A stretch of DNA of 64,000 bases from an uncultured bacterium (GTDB lineage: Bacteria > JAGOEH01). Below are positions 1 through 9,813 of the stretch, in pieces (positions within the stretch are counted from its first letter, which is position 1; each line of letters begins with the position of its first letter). The stretch lies in contig CAZWDO010000005.1 of NCBI GenBank assembly GCA_964632485.1, positions 84,249-148,248 of the forward strand. The letters run 5' to 3'. The notes under the pieces were generated by a model, which saw only the letters and a list, made by a program, of their open reading frames with translations, did no database searches and was not told where the DNA came from. Made by a program: the position numbers and the translations under genes.

Positions 1-75
1 GAATGAAAATTTGGATTTATTCAAAAAGCTGATTAAAATCAGCAATTAATCTTATCTCATTGCGACATTTTGAGT

Positions 76-113
76 AAAAGAGCCGGTACTAAAAAAAGCC
101 GGCTCTTTTTTTT
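76..113 (+). terminator. Rho-independent terminator of an upstream gene
   Basis: Stem aaaagagccgg (76-86) / ccggctctttt (99-109) followed by a T-run. Confidence 0.75.
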
Positions 114-185
114 ATTGGATTACATCCATCAAAAATTTAAACCATCTGATAGAGTTACATATTGGAAAAAGGAATTTTTTAATAC

Positions 186-1508
186 ATGAGCCAAACCTTC
201 AAATACTGGAAACGCCATTTGTCGCTTGCGTTGCCGGTAACAGCGGGACAACTGGGGCACATGCTGACCAGCGTGGCCGATTCTGTCATGGTTGGACGAT
301 TAGGCAGTCTCTATCTGGGGGCTTCCACCTTCGNNNNNNNNNNTTTCGGTATCGGGATCGTCCTGGGTCTGACGCCTCAAATTGGTAAAGCGTGGGGAGC
401 AAAAGATTTCAAAAGATGCGCCGTTTTGCTCAAACATGGACTGATCATCAACACATTCGTTGGATTCGTGTTACTAATCGTTATGGCCGGATTTGCCTGG
501 TTATTGCCGTTCCTGGGGCAACCGGCGGAGGTAACCCGGTTGGCTATCCCTTTTTATCTGATATACATTCTAACCATTCCATTCTATCTGGTTTTTTTAA
601 CCGGAAAGCATTTCCTGGAGGGAATGGGTGAACCGCGCCCGGCAATGACCATCATCATCCTCGGCAACCTTTTCAATGTGGGTTTAAATTATCTCTTGAT
701 TTACGGAATATGGATATTCCCCGAATGGGGGCTATTGGGGGCTGCCTGGGCCACCCTGATATCCAGAAGCGGAATGCTGTTTGCCATGATAGGCTACTGG
801 TGGCATCGCCGGGATTTGCATCCCTATATTGTCAAATGGCGGAAAATCGATTTTTCCGGAAGCGCGGCCCGGGCTTATTTAAATATTGGCCTGCCAATTG
901 GTGGACAGCATATTTTAGAAGTCGGCATTTTTTCCGCCGGCGCTATCATGGTGGGATGGTTCGGGGCGATACCGCTGGCCGCTCACAACATTGCAATCAC
1001 TCTGGCCAGTATCACCTACATGGCAGCGACTGGAATTGCCGCCAGCGCCACCATCCAGACCAGTCAGGCGATGGGCCGTAAGGATTGGAGCCAAATCAGG
1101 GTTATCGCAAAAAGCGGCTTATTACTGGCCGTGATGTTTATGGGTTCCTGCGCGCTCGTTTTTGCTCTGTTCCGGCATTTCCTGCCTTATATTTTTATCC
1201 GCGAAACGGAAGTCATCGAATTAGCCGCTCAATTGTTGATTGTGGCTGCTTTTTTTCAACTTTTTGACGGACTGCAGTTGACAACACTGGGCATTTTACG
1301 CGGGCTCCACGACGTTAAAATCCCGATGTTCATCATTTTGGTCTCTTATTGGATTTTTGCTTTTCCATTATCGTACCTGTTTTCGGTCAAACTCGAACTG
1401 GGAGCGCACGGGGTCTGGCTGGGGTATTTGATTGGACTCGCTGTTGTCTCTGTGGGACTGATTGGACGCTATTACCACATTATAAAAAAAATTGATCCTG
1501 TTAATTGA
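186..1508 (+). CDS. MATE family efflux transporter (NorM-like)
   Basis: About 12 hydrophobic segments; DSVMVGRLG, FQLFDGLQ and GILRGLHD motifs; spans a 10-N gap at 334-343. Confidence 0.9.
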   Translation: MSQTFKYWKRHLSLALPVTAGQLGHMLTSVADSVMVGRLGSLYLGASTFXXXXFGIGIVLGLTPQIGKAWGAKDFKRCAVLLKHGLIINTFVGFVLLIVMAGFAWLLPFLGQPAEVTRLAIPFYLIYILTIPFYLVFLTGKHFLEGMGEPRPAMTIIILGNLFNVGLNYLLIYGIWIFPEWGLLGAAWATLISRSGMLFAMIGYWWHRRDLHPYIVKWRKIDFSGSAARAYLNIGLPIGGQHILEVGIFSAGAIMVGWFGAIPLAAHNIAITLASITYMAATGIAASATIQTSQAMGRKDWSQIRVIAKSGLLLAVMFMGSCALVFALFRHFLPYIFIRETEVIELAAQLLIVAAFFQLFDGLQLTTLGILRGLHDVKIPMFIILVSYWIFAFPLSYLFSVKLELGAHGVWLGYLIGLAVVSVGLIGRYYHIIKKIDPVN

Positions 1509-1568
1509 TCAATTCCCCGCCTCTGGCCTTATAAGGGAAGAGAATTCTCCCAAAGAGACCGAGAGCGG

Positions 1569-2537
1569 TCAGGGCGCAGGAATATACACGTCGTGCTGGA
1601 TTTCTGTATGATTCAAGGCCTGCAATACAATTTTCAAATCATCAAATTTCAGTTTGTTATTCCTTAAATCCAGATATTTCAACTGATGGAGTCCACATAA
1701 GGCATTCATATTCTTTTTCAGCTTATTACCCGCTAAGGTTAATTCGCTCAATGCCGACAAATCGGCGATTCCTGCCGCAAGCTCCGTTAATTTATTCCCG
1801 GATAAATCAAGGGCATGAAGATTGCGCAATGTCTGCAGATTTTGTGGCAGTTCCTTGATGCGATTATTGGAGAGATTCAGATAGCGCAAATTGGGAAATT
1901 TCTCCAATCCAACGGGAAAATTTTTAAAACTATTATCGGAAAGGTCGAGGATCGTCACTGACGCCGGAATATCATTTGGCAGGGATGAAATCCGTTGGCC
2001 TTTGAGAGAATAAACCACTTCATTGGCAACCGCTCCATCTCCATAAAGGGATAGCTTCCGCCGTTCATTAGCAATCGGGGCATTGATTCCAGGAGCATTC
2101 GCATTGGTTTGAAGGGGAAGATTATCAGTAAAACGGGTCGAAAGGACATCGCTATACTCGCAGGGACAACCCTGTTGAACCATCTGTCGTAAAATTGTTT
2201 CGACCGGGAGGGGACTTCCGTCATCCTGTTGGATCGCCCGTTGATACAATTGCAGCGCCTGCGCCATATATTCAACAGCTTGCCAGGTTTTTCCCTGGTC
2301 GCAATAGATGAAAGCGCCAAACTCATAAGCGACCGCGCGCCAATAATCATTGGGCGCGACTAATTTAAGGCCACTCTTAAAGTATTTTTCCGCCTGGGCA
2401 AAATTCCGGGTTTGGCGGTAAGTGTTGCCCAGTTTCAAATAACGGATTCCCTGTTCCAGTTTCGTTTCCCGGGCGCGGGATGCATTCATCGGAAACAGTA
2501 TTAAACCTATTAAAACTATCGGTAACAATCGTAACAT
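1569..2537 (-). CDS. Secreted TPR + leucine-rich-repeat protein
   Basis: Signal peptide MLRLLPIVLIGLILF after an AGGAG RBS; TPR-like helices (YLKLGNTY...AEKYF); LxxLxLSxNxI repeats. Confidence 0.8.
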   Translation of the reverse strand: MLRLLPIVLIGLILFPMNASRARETKLEQGIRYLKLGNTYRQTRNFAQAEKYFKSGLKLVAPNDYWRAVAYEFGAFIYCDQGKTWQAVEYMAQALQLYQRAIQQDDGSPLPVETILRQMVQQGCPCEYSDVLSTRFTDNLPLQTNANAPGINAPIANERRKLSLYGDGAVANEVVYSLKGQRISSLPNDIPASVTILDLSDNSFKNFPVGLEKFPNLRYLNLSNNRIKELPQNLQTLRNLHALDLSGNKLTELAAGIADLSALSELTLAGNKLKKNMNALCGLHQLKYLDLRNNKLKFDDLKIVLQALNHTEIQHDVYIPAP

Positions 2538-2603
2538 TTTCCGGCTCCTTTGTGTTTCAAATCTTGGGGTGGAATCAATTCCATACCGTTTAAACATTTT
2601 AGA

Positions 2604-3734
2604 TTAAAGGTTCCAAATTTTGAAACGGACACCCAGGTGGAGTTCATCCAGCAACGTCCTCTCATAATCGTAATTTCCGTTGGGGGAATGAAAAATGACA
2701 TTTTTGGTGGGAAAACTCAGGGAGTAACCGATGAAAATATCAATGGGGAAATAGATATCATGCCGAAAAGTGGCAATTTCAAAATTAACGGTTTGCCCGG
2801 TCAGGGTGCTTTTAGGGCTGGGATTATTTGGCAGCCGGGTTTCTCCCCAGAAAAAACCGCCTCCGGCTTTGATTTGAATATAGTTTTCCGGATAGATAGG
2901 TATTTGCCAAAGAATAATATTAATACCGGTAGTAAACCAATGCACGAGAAATTCTTCCTGATATGAATCGTCCCAATTTAAATCGCGTTTTATAAAAAGC
3001 CGGGGACGGATATAACGCAAAGCCAGTTCAAAATGATGGCCGTACCCCATTAAACGACTCAAAGCCAGATTGATACCAGCCCCAAAGCTGATATCTGAAT
3101 CCAGGGGCGACTCATGCGTAAACATGTTATGTCCCGAAAGAGAGCCGGTCAGAACGGGTACCGTTTTAATGATAAGCTTACGATCGGTGATTTCGCCGTG
3201 AGTGATGCATTGAATTAACTGCCCCTTCAATTCGCCGATACGAATCATCGCCGTATCCAGCAAGGCCCGTAAATACTCCTTATCGACTACATCCAGATTC
3301 AAGCGGTACAAACTGTCCTGCAGTATATAATTGTGATTACGGCTGTCGCGCAGGTCTTCCCGCAACTGTTCGTTGAGATGATAAACGACTTGACGATTGG
3401 ATTGCCGGATCAAGTCCTCATACTTTTTGGCTTGTTTATAATAACGGCGTAAAACATCTTCATCAACAGACGTCAGATCATCCATTGTGGGAATCTGAAC
3501 CCATACCGTATCGATACCCATCAACTGCAACTGAGTCTGTAAAATGACCGCATCCCGATAAAGTTCCAGTACTCTTAAGGCGAAAAGGCCTTCCGACTCG
3601 GTATAAAGCTCCATTACATCATCCGATGGAATCGCTTCAACTTCAACCAAAGGCTGGTCGCCCACTGCGATTCCCGTCAACATTATCAAGGAAACTAAAA
3701 AAACAGAAAAAAATAGCCGTAATTTGAATTGCAT
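2604..3734 (-). CDS. Secreted hypothetical protein with a coiled-coil N-terminus and a probable outer-membrane beta-barrel C-terminus
   Basis: Signal peptide; amphipathic beta-strand pattern ending LHLGVRFKIWNL; AGGAG RBS. Confidence 0.6.
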   Translation of the reverse strand: MQFKLRLFFSVFLVSLIMLTGIAVGDQPLVEVEAIPSDDVMELYTESEGLFALRVLELYRDAVILQTQLQLMGIDTVWVQIPTMDDLTSVDEDVLRRYYKQAKKYEDLIRQSNRQVVYHLNEQLREDLRDSRNHNYILQDSLYRLNLDVVDKEYLRALLDTAMIRIGELKGQLIQCITHGEITDRKLIIKTVPVLTGSLSGHNMFTHESPLDSDISFGAGINLALSRLMGYGHHFELALRYIRPRLFIKRDLNWDDSYQEEFLVHWFTTGINIILWQIPIYPENYIQIKAGGGFFWGETRLPNNPSPKSTLTGQTVNFEIATFRHDIYFPIDIFIGYSLSFPTKNVIFHSPNGNYDYERTLLDELHLGVRFKIWNL

Positions 3735-3976
3735 ACACTCTCCTTTGAATCCATGATTTTTAAGGGTATTTAGTTCCCTTAACGGTTAACCGTTCCAAAT
3801 CTGTTTGGAATTGTCCGTATAACTCATCCGATCTCAAGACAATCCCTACGCGGCTTGATTAAATAACAATTCAATCAACAATTCATTTTAAGTCCCATTT
3901 AATAAATTATAAACTTTATCCAAAATGTCAAGATTTTTTTTTTATCAGAATTGCTTTTATCAGAATAATTTTTTTG

Positions 3977-4005
3977 TTGACAAATTTGCTTTTACATATT
4001 ATGTT
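3977..4005 (+). promoter_or_regulatory. sigma70-type promoter
   Basis: TTGACA-17bp-TATGTT upstream of the 4068 ORF. Confidence 0.5.
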
Positions 4006-4067
4006 TAAACTACGTTTCTACCGTTTTGATTAAAGATCAGACTCAACCCACAAACCTAGGAGTTACC

Positions 4068-4289
4068 ATGAATATTAACAAAGCGCTCGACAAAGCGTAC
4101 GAGAAAGAGTTTGCAAACCGTTCGATGAACGAATTAGCCGATGCCCCGGTAGATGCGTTGCAGGGTGTCAGCAAAGGCGATGCGGAGTTGCTGCAAAAAG
4201 CGTTTGGCATCAAAACGATCCGCGATATGGCCAATTGCAAATATTTCCGCTGGGCGCAGGCGATTACCAATTTGTCGGACGCCAACTAA
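4068..4289 (+). CDS. Small conserved hypothetical protein (73 aa, helix-hairpin-helix-like)
   Basis: AGGAG RBS before the ATG; PVDALQGVSKGDAELLQKAFGIKTIRD is HhH-like; has its own promoter and downstream hairpin. Confidence 0.75.
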   Translation: MNINKALDKAYEKEFANRSMNELADAPVDALQGVSKGDAELLQKAFGIKTIRDMANCKYFRWAQAITNLSDAN

Positions 4290-4310
4290 TTCTATTCTGA
4301 GTTAAATACG

Positions 4311-4357
4311 AATTGCCCCGTTTGAGTTTATTTTAAGCGCTTCAAGCGGGGCAATTT
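4311..4357 (+). terminator. Stem-loop terminator
   Basis: Inverted repeat aattgccccgtttga / tcaagcggggcaatt. Confidence 0.6.
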
Positions 4358-4458
4358 GTCATTGCAAACCTTATCGCTGTTTTTCGAATTCAGAAAAGTG
4401 TAAAAATAATTACAATTGATAAGTTTATATCGATTTTAACAATAAGGTACGATAACTA

Positions 4459-5079
4459 ATGAAAAAATATTTTCTATTAACTGTAATTCTTATACTAAGC
4501 GTGTTCACACCCTATTGCGCAACACGCTCACAGACGGAACTGGTTGACCTGCAAAAACTGATGCCGGAGATAATCCTGGATATCCGCTATGCAACAGCCA
4601 ATAATTTCACCGGCCAGGTCCTCTACCCTTCCCCCCGCTGTTTTTTAGCCAAAGATGCAGCGCTGGCTTTGCAGTCGGTTCAGAAAGAGTTAGCGGATTC
4701 CGGGTATCAACTCATTGTTTTTGATGGTTATCGGCCCTTATCAGTTCAAAAACTGATGTGGGAAATTTTGCCCAATCCGCAATATGTCATGGATCCCGCC
4801 AAGGGATCGCGCCACAACAAAGGGTACGCAGTTGATGTATCGGTAGCCGATTTAAAAGGGGAACCCATCTCAATGCCGACTGAATATGACGATTTTACGC
4901 AAAAGGCCTCCCATCTCTATATGGAATTAACGGAAGAGGTACTCAACCATCGCCGCCTCCTGAAAACTCTGATGGAAAAACGAGGTTTTATATCGGTCAA
5001 ATCGGAATGGTGGCATTACGATTTCACCGGGTGGGAAGATAAACCGAACATCGATATCCCTATTGATTCACTCCGATGA
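4459..5079 (+). CDS. ddpX: D-alanyl-D-alanine dipeptidase (M15D, VanX/DdpX family), exported
   Basis: DIRYATANNFTG, FDGYRP, SRHNKGYAVD and EWWHY motifs; N-terminal signal peptide. Confidence 0.9.
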   Translation: MKKYFLLTVILILSVFTPYCATRSQTELVDLQKLMPEIILDIRYATANNFTGQVLYPSPRCFLAKDAALALQSVQKELADSGYQLIVFDGYRPLSVQKLMWEILPNPQYVMDPAKGSRHNKGYAVDVSVADLKGEPISMPTEYDDFTQKASHLYMELTEEVLNHRRLLKTLMEKRGFISVKSEWWHYDFTGWEDKPNIDIPIDSLR

Positions 5080-6365
5080 AATTAGCGATTAAACCCTACT
5101 TTCAAATAATCATCGGATTGGTTTTAGGAGCGCTGTTTGGGATGCTCGCCGTTGAAATGGGATGGCAAGCGTTTACGCGCAATTGGATCATGCCCTGGGG
5201 CGACATATTTTTGAACGCGCTTAAACTAATCGCTGTTCCCTTAGTCCTCTCATCGTTGGTCATGGGAGTCACCTCCCTTAAGGATATTCGAAAACTGTCG
5301 CGAATCGGCATCAAAACTCTGGTGTTGTACATATCGACGACTACCATAGCGGTAGTGATCGGACTCGTGGGCGTCAATCTGTTCAAGCCCGGCAAAGCGG
5401 TTCCTTCCCTCATGCGCGATCAACTCCAGCAGGCCTATCTGAAAGAGGCGTCCGGAGACTTGCAACAAGCCGAAATAACCCGACAAAAAGGACCATTGGC
5501 CTTAATCGTCGATTTAGTACCTGAAAATTTTTTCAATGCCGCCTCGAACAACCGTAATTTATTGCAAATCGTCATCATCTCGCTAATTTTAGGAATTGCT
5601 ATCTTGCGTCTCCCCCATCCGCAAAGTGAAACCATCATTGCTTTTTTCAATGGACTTTCGGAATCGATCATTCAGATTGTCAATTTAATTATGCTTTTCG
5701 CTCCATTGGGAGTCTTTGCAATTATGGCCAAAACTATCGTAGTTACCGCCGGAACCGATCTGAATTCAGTATGGCAGTTATTTTCCGCCCTGGGTTACTA
5801 TGGAATGGTGGTTGTGATAGGACTATTGATACAAGTCTATTGTATTTATCCCATTCTGATGACGATGATGAGCCGAATGCCACTGCAACAATATTTCCGG
5901 GCCGTATTGCCTGTTCAGCTTCTGGCCTTTTCCACCAGTTCAAGCGCGGCGACACTGCCCTACAGCATGGAACAATGCAAGGAGAAGTTGGGCCTCTCCA
6001 ATGAGGTCGTCTCATTTGTACTGCCATTGGGAGCGACGATTAACATGGACGGAACCGCTCTCTATCAGTCTGTGGCGGCGGTTTTTATCGCTCAGGCGCT
6101 GGGGATGGGATTATCGCTCAATGCGCAACTGACGATTATACTAACAGCCGTCATGAGCTCAATTGGCACCGCGGCTGTTCCGGGCGCGGGAATCGTCATG
6201 CTGATCATCATATTAGAGACGATACAAGTGCCGACAGCGGGGATTGCGCTGATACTGGGGATCGATCGCATTCTCGATATGATGCGGACCGCAGTCAATG
6301 TTACCGGAGATATCACGGTCGCCACCATCATCGATCAGCCTAAAAGATACAGCAATCCAAGCTGA
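5076..6365 (+). CDS. Dicarboxylate/amino acid:cation symporter (GltP/DAACS family)
   Basis: AFSTSSSAATLP, PLGATINMDGTALY and DRILDMMRTAVNVTGD signatures; ATGA overlap with ddpX. Confidence 0.92.
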   Translation: MKLAIKPYFQIIIGLVLGALFGMLAVEMGWQAFTRNWIMPWGDIFLNALKLIAVPLVLSSLVMGVTSLKDIRKLSRIGIKTLVLYISTTTIAVVIGLVGVNLFKPGKAVPSLMRDQLQQAYLKEASGDLQQAEITRQKGPLALIVDLVPENFFNAASNNRNLLQIVIISLILGIAILRLPHPQSETIIAFFNGLSESIIQIVNLIMLFAPLGVFAIMAKTIVVTAGTDLNSVWQLFSALGYYGMVVVIGLLIQVYCIYPILMTMMSRMPLQQYFRAVLPVQLLAFSTSSSAATLPYSMEQCKEKLGLSNEVVSFVLPLGATINMDGTALYQSVAAVFIAQALGMGLSLNAQLTIILTAVMSSIGTAAVPGAGIVMLIIILETIQVPTAGIALILGIDRILDMMRTAVNVTGDITVATIIDQPKRYSNPS

Positions 6366-6435
6366 TACCAACAAACAGCATTCGTTTTCGTAATGAAGCT
6401 GATTCTTTGAAATTCATGCGCCCGGGAAATCTCAT

Positions 6436-7881
6436 TTAATAAAAAAAGATAATTTGGCCTTTACGATCATCAGCATCGCCTTTTTTTTCGGTTTCCGCAT
6501 TTTGATTGGCCCAGACTTCGCCATATCCTTTGGGAATGATCAAATCTCCGGGAATATCGGCGTGGCGCATCAGATACCAACGGACGGCCCGCGCGCGTTG
6601 CAGGGAGAGCGCCATATTGATCGCGTCCGTGCCATAGGCATCGGCATATCCATGAACCAATACGCCTTTAACCTGATATTGATCGATGATCTCCTTAATT
6701 TTAGCGCGGTCTTCCTTATGGAGCCAAACCTGGCCGAAATCGAAATACACATCGACTGAGATAGTATTGAGGGGTTGATTATTTAATAGAGAAAGCTGGC
6801 CGTTGGGAAGTCCGTAATAAACCGAAGCGACCTGGATGGCCTGGGGTTTTAGCGGCCGTTTTTCCCAACGAAAAAGAATGGCGCTGTCGTCATACGGGAC
6901 ATCATCAAGTTGTACATCCCATAATAGATTATAGAAATAGGGCCAGCGACCGATATAAATCCGGTCAGGCGTTTCTGAAGACACTTTTCCGCTGAACGCT
7001 TCTCCATAAAGGTCATCTTCATTACCATAGGTACGCCAGGCAAAAATTGAACGGGGTAAAGAAGGAGCAGAAAAAAGAGCCTGTCGGGTAATTTTTTGGT
7101 CATCTGCATCCATGCGCGAGGCATCGTTATCGTCGATCATGATATCCAGTAACAGCATCAATCCCACTTCCCGTTCGGTGTCGCTTTTGTTTTGCAGCAT
7201 ATATTCGATCCGATAATACTGGCCGAACTGATTGAGCGGAACGGGTTGCCAGGCCGGATCAACCGGAATAAGACGCTGAATGATATCGACACCATGAAAA
7301 TGGTAGGCAATTTCAGTCTGAATTGAACCGGTTTCGCCCCGGGTGATTAACTCGCCTCGCAGATAAGCGGCCTTATTTTCAAAATGTGGTGAATTACAGG
7401 CAAATTGACCATCCACAACTACTACAAAATGCGAAGTGGAAAAAGGGATGGGATATCCGTAGAGCAAACGGCGATTGCCAGCGCCAATCGTAAAGCGTCC
7501 GTCATATTGTCCCCGGCTTACTGAATCATCCCAATGAATGATTGCCGGGGGTTCAATCACCGGTGAAGCCACCTGTATCTGGATGGTTTCCTCACAAACC
7601 GGATTGCTCTCGCGGGATACCTGCAGCGTTAAATAAGTCGTATTATCCGGTTTCATGGTGATATAACCGGTAGGAGGCAAAAGGTCGTCATACCCGGACA
7701 ACCGTATTTCCGAGTCTTTAGCATTTTCAACGATCCAGCGGATTTGGCATTCTTCTCCAGATTGAACTTTGGGGGGAACACAATCAAACATCTGAATGCG
7801 CGGCGGTTTGGATGCGCATTGGACCAAAACAATAAAGCTTACCATAAACAAAGGCAAAAAAACAGAATGTAATCGATACAT
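6436..7881 (-). CDS. OmpA-family domain lipoprotein
   Basis: Lipobox-like LVQC; C-terminal OmpA-like domain (VYFDFG, GYADAYG, NMALSLQRARAV, GYGE); GGAGG RBS. Confidence 0.8.
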   Translation of the reverse strand: MYRLHSVFLPLFMVSFIVLVQCASKPPRIQMFDCVPPKVQSGEECQIRWIVENAKDSEIRLSGYDDLLPPTGYITMKPDNTTYLTLQVSRESNPVCEETIQIQVASPVIEPPAIIHWDDSVSRGQYDGRFTIGAGNRRLLYGYPIPFSTSHFVVVVDGQFACNSPHFENKAAYLRGELITRGETGSIQTEIAYHFHGVDIIQRLIPVDPAWQPVPLNQFGQYYRIEYMLQNKSDTEREVGLMLLLDIMIDDNDASRMDADDQKITRQALFSAPSLPRSIFAWRTYGNEDDLYGEAFSGKVSSETPDRIYIGRWPYFYNLLWDVQLDDVPYDDSAILFRWEKRPLKPQAIQVASVYYGLPNGQLSLLNNQPLNTISVDVYFDFGQVWLHKEDRAKIKEIIDQYQVKGVLVHGYADAYGTDAINMALSLQRARAVRWYLMRHADIPGDLIIPKGYGEVWANQNAETEKKGDADDRKGQIIFFY

Positions 7882-7949
7882 ATCTTCCTCCGATTTTATT
7901 AAAATATACGCCAAATTCAAGAATTGTCAAGTTATTTTTTTGTTTTGGC

Positions 7950-7978
7950 TTGACTTTAAAGAGCATGCGTATTATTTT
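7950..7978 (+). promoter_or_regulatory. sigma70-type promoter for the folE2 operon
   Basis: TTGACT-17bp-TATTTT. Confidence 0.4.
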
Positions 7979-8044
7979 GTAGTTTAGCAACCGCTGAAAC
8001 CTGAAACCCGGCGAACAAACGCCTGGCGTAAAATAAGGAAATAT

Positions 8045-8833
8045 ATGCAGGATATCCAAAATGAACCGGATCTCCGGGAAATTCTGATCGATCAAGTCGG
8101 GGTCAAAGAACTCAGTTACCCGATCATTGTCGAAGACAAGGCCAATCAATTCCAATCGACCGTCGCGCAAATCGAAATGTCTGTCCGGCTACCCCATCAC
8201 TACCGGGGAACTCACATGAGCCGGTTTATTGAAATTTTGAACCAGTATCGGGGCCATCTGAGCGAGCGCACCATTTTTGATTTACTAACTGATATGGAAA
8301 AAAAACTGCATAGTGAAGCCGCATTCTTCCGCGCTCATTTTCCATATTTTATAGAAAAGAGGGCGCCGGTATCGCAGGCCAAATCCTTATTGAACTATCA
8401 GGGCATTTTTCTGGCCGAAAAACAGTTGCAAGGATCGCCCGTATTCCGTCTGGGGGCGCGTGTACCCGTTACTACCCTATGTCCCTGTTCCAAAGCCATC
8501 AGCGAGACNNNNNNNNNNCATAGCGCCCACAATCAACGCAGTATGATCCAGGTGACTATCGAGTACCAAACCATGGTCTGGCTGGAAGATCTGATCAGTT
8601 GGATCGAAAATTCCGCCAGTTGTGAGATATATCCCCTCCTCAAACGCGATGACGAAAAACATGTAACTGAAAAAGCATACGCCACCCCCCGTTTTGTGGA
8701 GGATATGGTACGCGACTTGGCCCATCGATTTAAAAATGATCTGAATATTCGCTACTTTCATATTGAAGCCGAACATTTCGAAAGCATCCACAATCATAAT
8801 GTATTCGCGCGAATCGAATGGAACCGCCCGTGA
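8045..8833 (+). CDS. folE2: GTP cyclohydrolase IB (FolE2)
   Basis: GTHMSRF, TLCPCSKAIS, AHNQRS, LKRxDEK and ESIHNHN motifs; 10-N gap at 8509-8518. Confidence 0.93.
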   Translation: MQDIQNEPDLREILIDQVGVKELSYPIIVEDKANQFQSTVAQIEMSVRLPHHYRGTHMSRFIEILNQYRGHLSERTIFDLLTDMEKKLHSEAAFFRAHFPYFIEKRAPVSQAKSLLNYQGIFLAEKQLQGSPVFRLGARVPVTTLCPCSKAISEXXXXHSAHNQRSMIQVTIEYQTMVWLEDLISWIENSASCEIYPLLKRDDEKHVTEKAYATPRFVEDMVRDLAHRFKNDLNIRYFHIEAEHFESIHNHNVFARIEWNRP

Positions 8834-9813
8834 GGATCGGTTTTACTTCAACCATCCCCGTAGAAATGATCTACGCCATCGATGCAACCCCCGTGGACCT
8901 CAACAACATTTTCATCACTCATTCTGAAGCGCCGGAACTGGTGGCGCAAGCAGAGGAAACGGGATTGCCCCGGAATGTATGCGCCTGGATCAAAGGGCTT
9001 TATATCGTCGGCAGCCGCTTACGATCGGTCGAAAAGATCGTGGCGGTCATGGAGGGAGATTGCAGTAATACGCGGGTTTTAATGGAACTCTTACGCGATG
9101 ACGGCATCGATACCATCCCCTTCACGTATCCGACAGAACACACGTATGAGCAGGTAAAAATAGCGCTGGCCAAATTTGCCGCGCAATTGAACGCCCTCCC
9201 GGCCCGGATACGGGAAGTCAAGCGCGCGCTCGATCATATTCGATGCAAACTGATTGAACTGGATCGGCTAACCTGGCAGGAAAATCGAATCAGCGGAGAG
9301 GAAAACCATTTTTTTCTGGTCAATGCCAGTGATTTTATGGGTAATCCTACCCAATTTGAACATCAATTAGATGAATTAATTTATAAAGCGGATCATCGCA
9401 ATCCGCGAACTCAACCGATACGGCTGGCCTTCCTGGGAGTGCCACCGATTTGCAGCGATCTTTACCAACAGATTGAACGCTTTGATGGCAACGTTGTTTT
9501 CAACGAAATCCAACGGCAATTTTCCATGCCGTTCCATACCGATGATATTGTCGAACAATATTACAGTTATACCTATCCCTATGATTTTAACTGGAGAATA
9601 GAAGCGATTATCCCCGAACTGAAAAAACGCGGAATCCATGGAATCATTCATTATGTCCAATCATTTTGCCATCGGCAGTTGGAGGATATTTTGCTAAGGC
9701 GCAAAATCAAGCTTCCGATTCTGACTCTGGAAGGCGAACTGCCCGGGCCGCTGGACGAACGGTCCAAAATCCGGCTGCAAGGGTTTATCCGTATGTTGAA
9801 AGATCAAATATGA
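8830..9813 (+). CDS. 2-hydroxyacyl-CoA dehydratase family (HgdB/FldB-like) Fe-S protein
   Basis: IGFTSTIPVE, NVCAWIKG, GDCSN, YVQSFCHR and LPILTLEGE motifs; GTGA overlap with the folE2 stop. Confidence 0.85.
   Translation: MRIGFTSTIPVEMIYAIDATPVDLNNIFITHSEAPELVAQAEETGLPRNVCAWIKGLYIVGSRLRSVEKIVAVMEGDCSNTRVLMELLRDDGIDTIPFTYPTEHTYEQVKIALAKFAAQLNALPARIREVKRALDHIRCKLIELDRLTWQENRISGEENHFFLVNASDFMGNPTQFEHQLDELIYKADHRNPRTQPIRLAFLGVPPICSDLYQQIERFDGNVVFNEIQRQFSMPFHTDDIVEQYYSYTYPYDFNWRIEAIIPELKKRGIHGIIHYVQSFCHRQLEDILLRRKIKLPILTLEGELPGPLDERSKIRLQGFIRMLKDQI

Noticed and set aside
334-343. N-run within the MATE gene
   Set aside because: Scaffold gap placeholder, not biological; the frame across it cannot be verified.
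4459-5079. vanX as evidence of vancomycin resistance
   Set aside because: No vanH, vanA, vanR or vanS nearby; this is an ordinary exported M15D peptidase.
7985-8040. Possible preQ1 or other riboswitch in the folE2 leader (ggcg-aacaaa-cgcc hairpin)
   Set aside because: Does not match any riboswitch consensus I can recognise; an Infernal/Rfam search would be needed.
8509-8518. Apparent insertion in the FolE2 CPCSK..AHNQR motif
   Set aside because: It coincides with a 10-N gap and is an assembly artefact.
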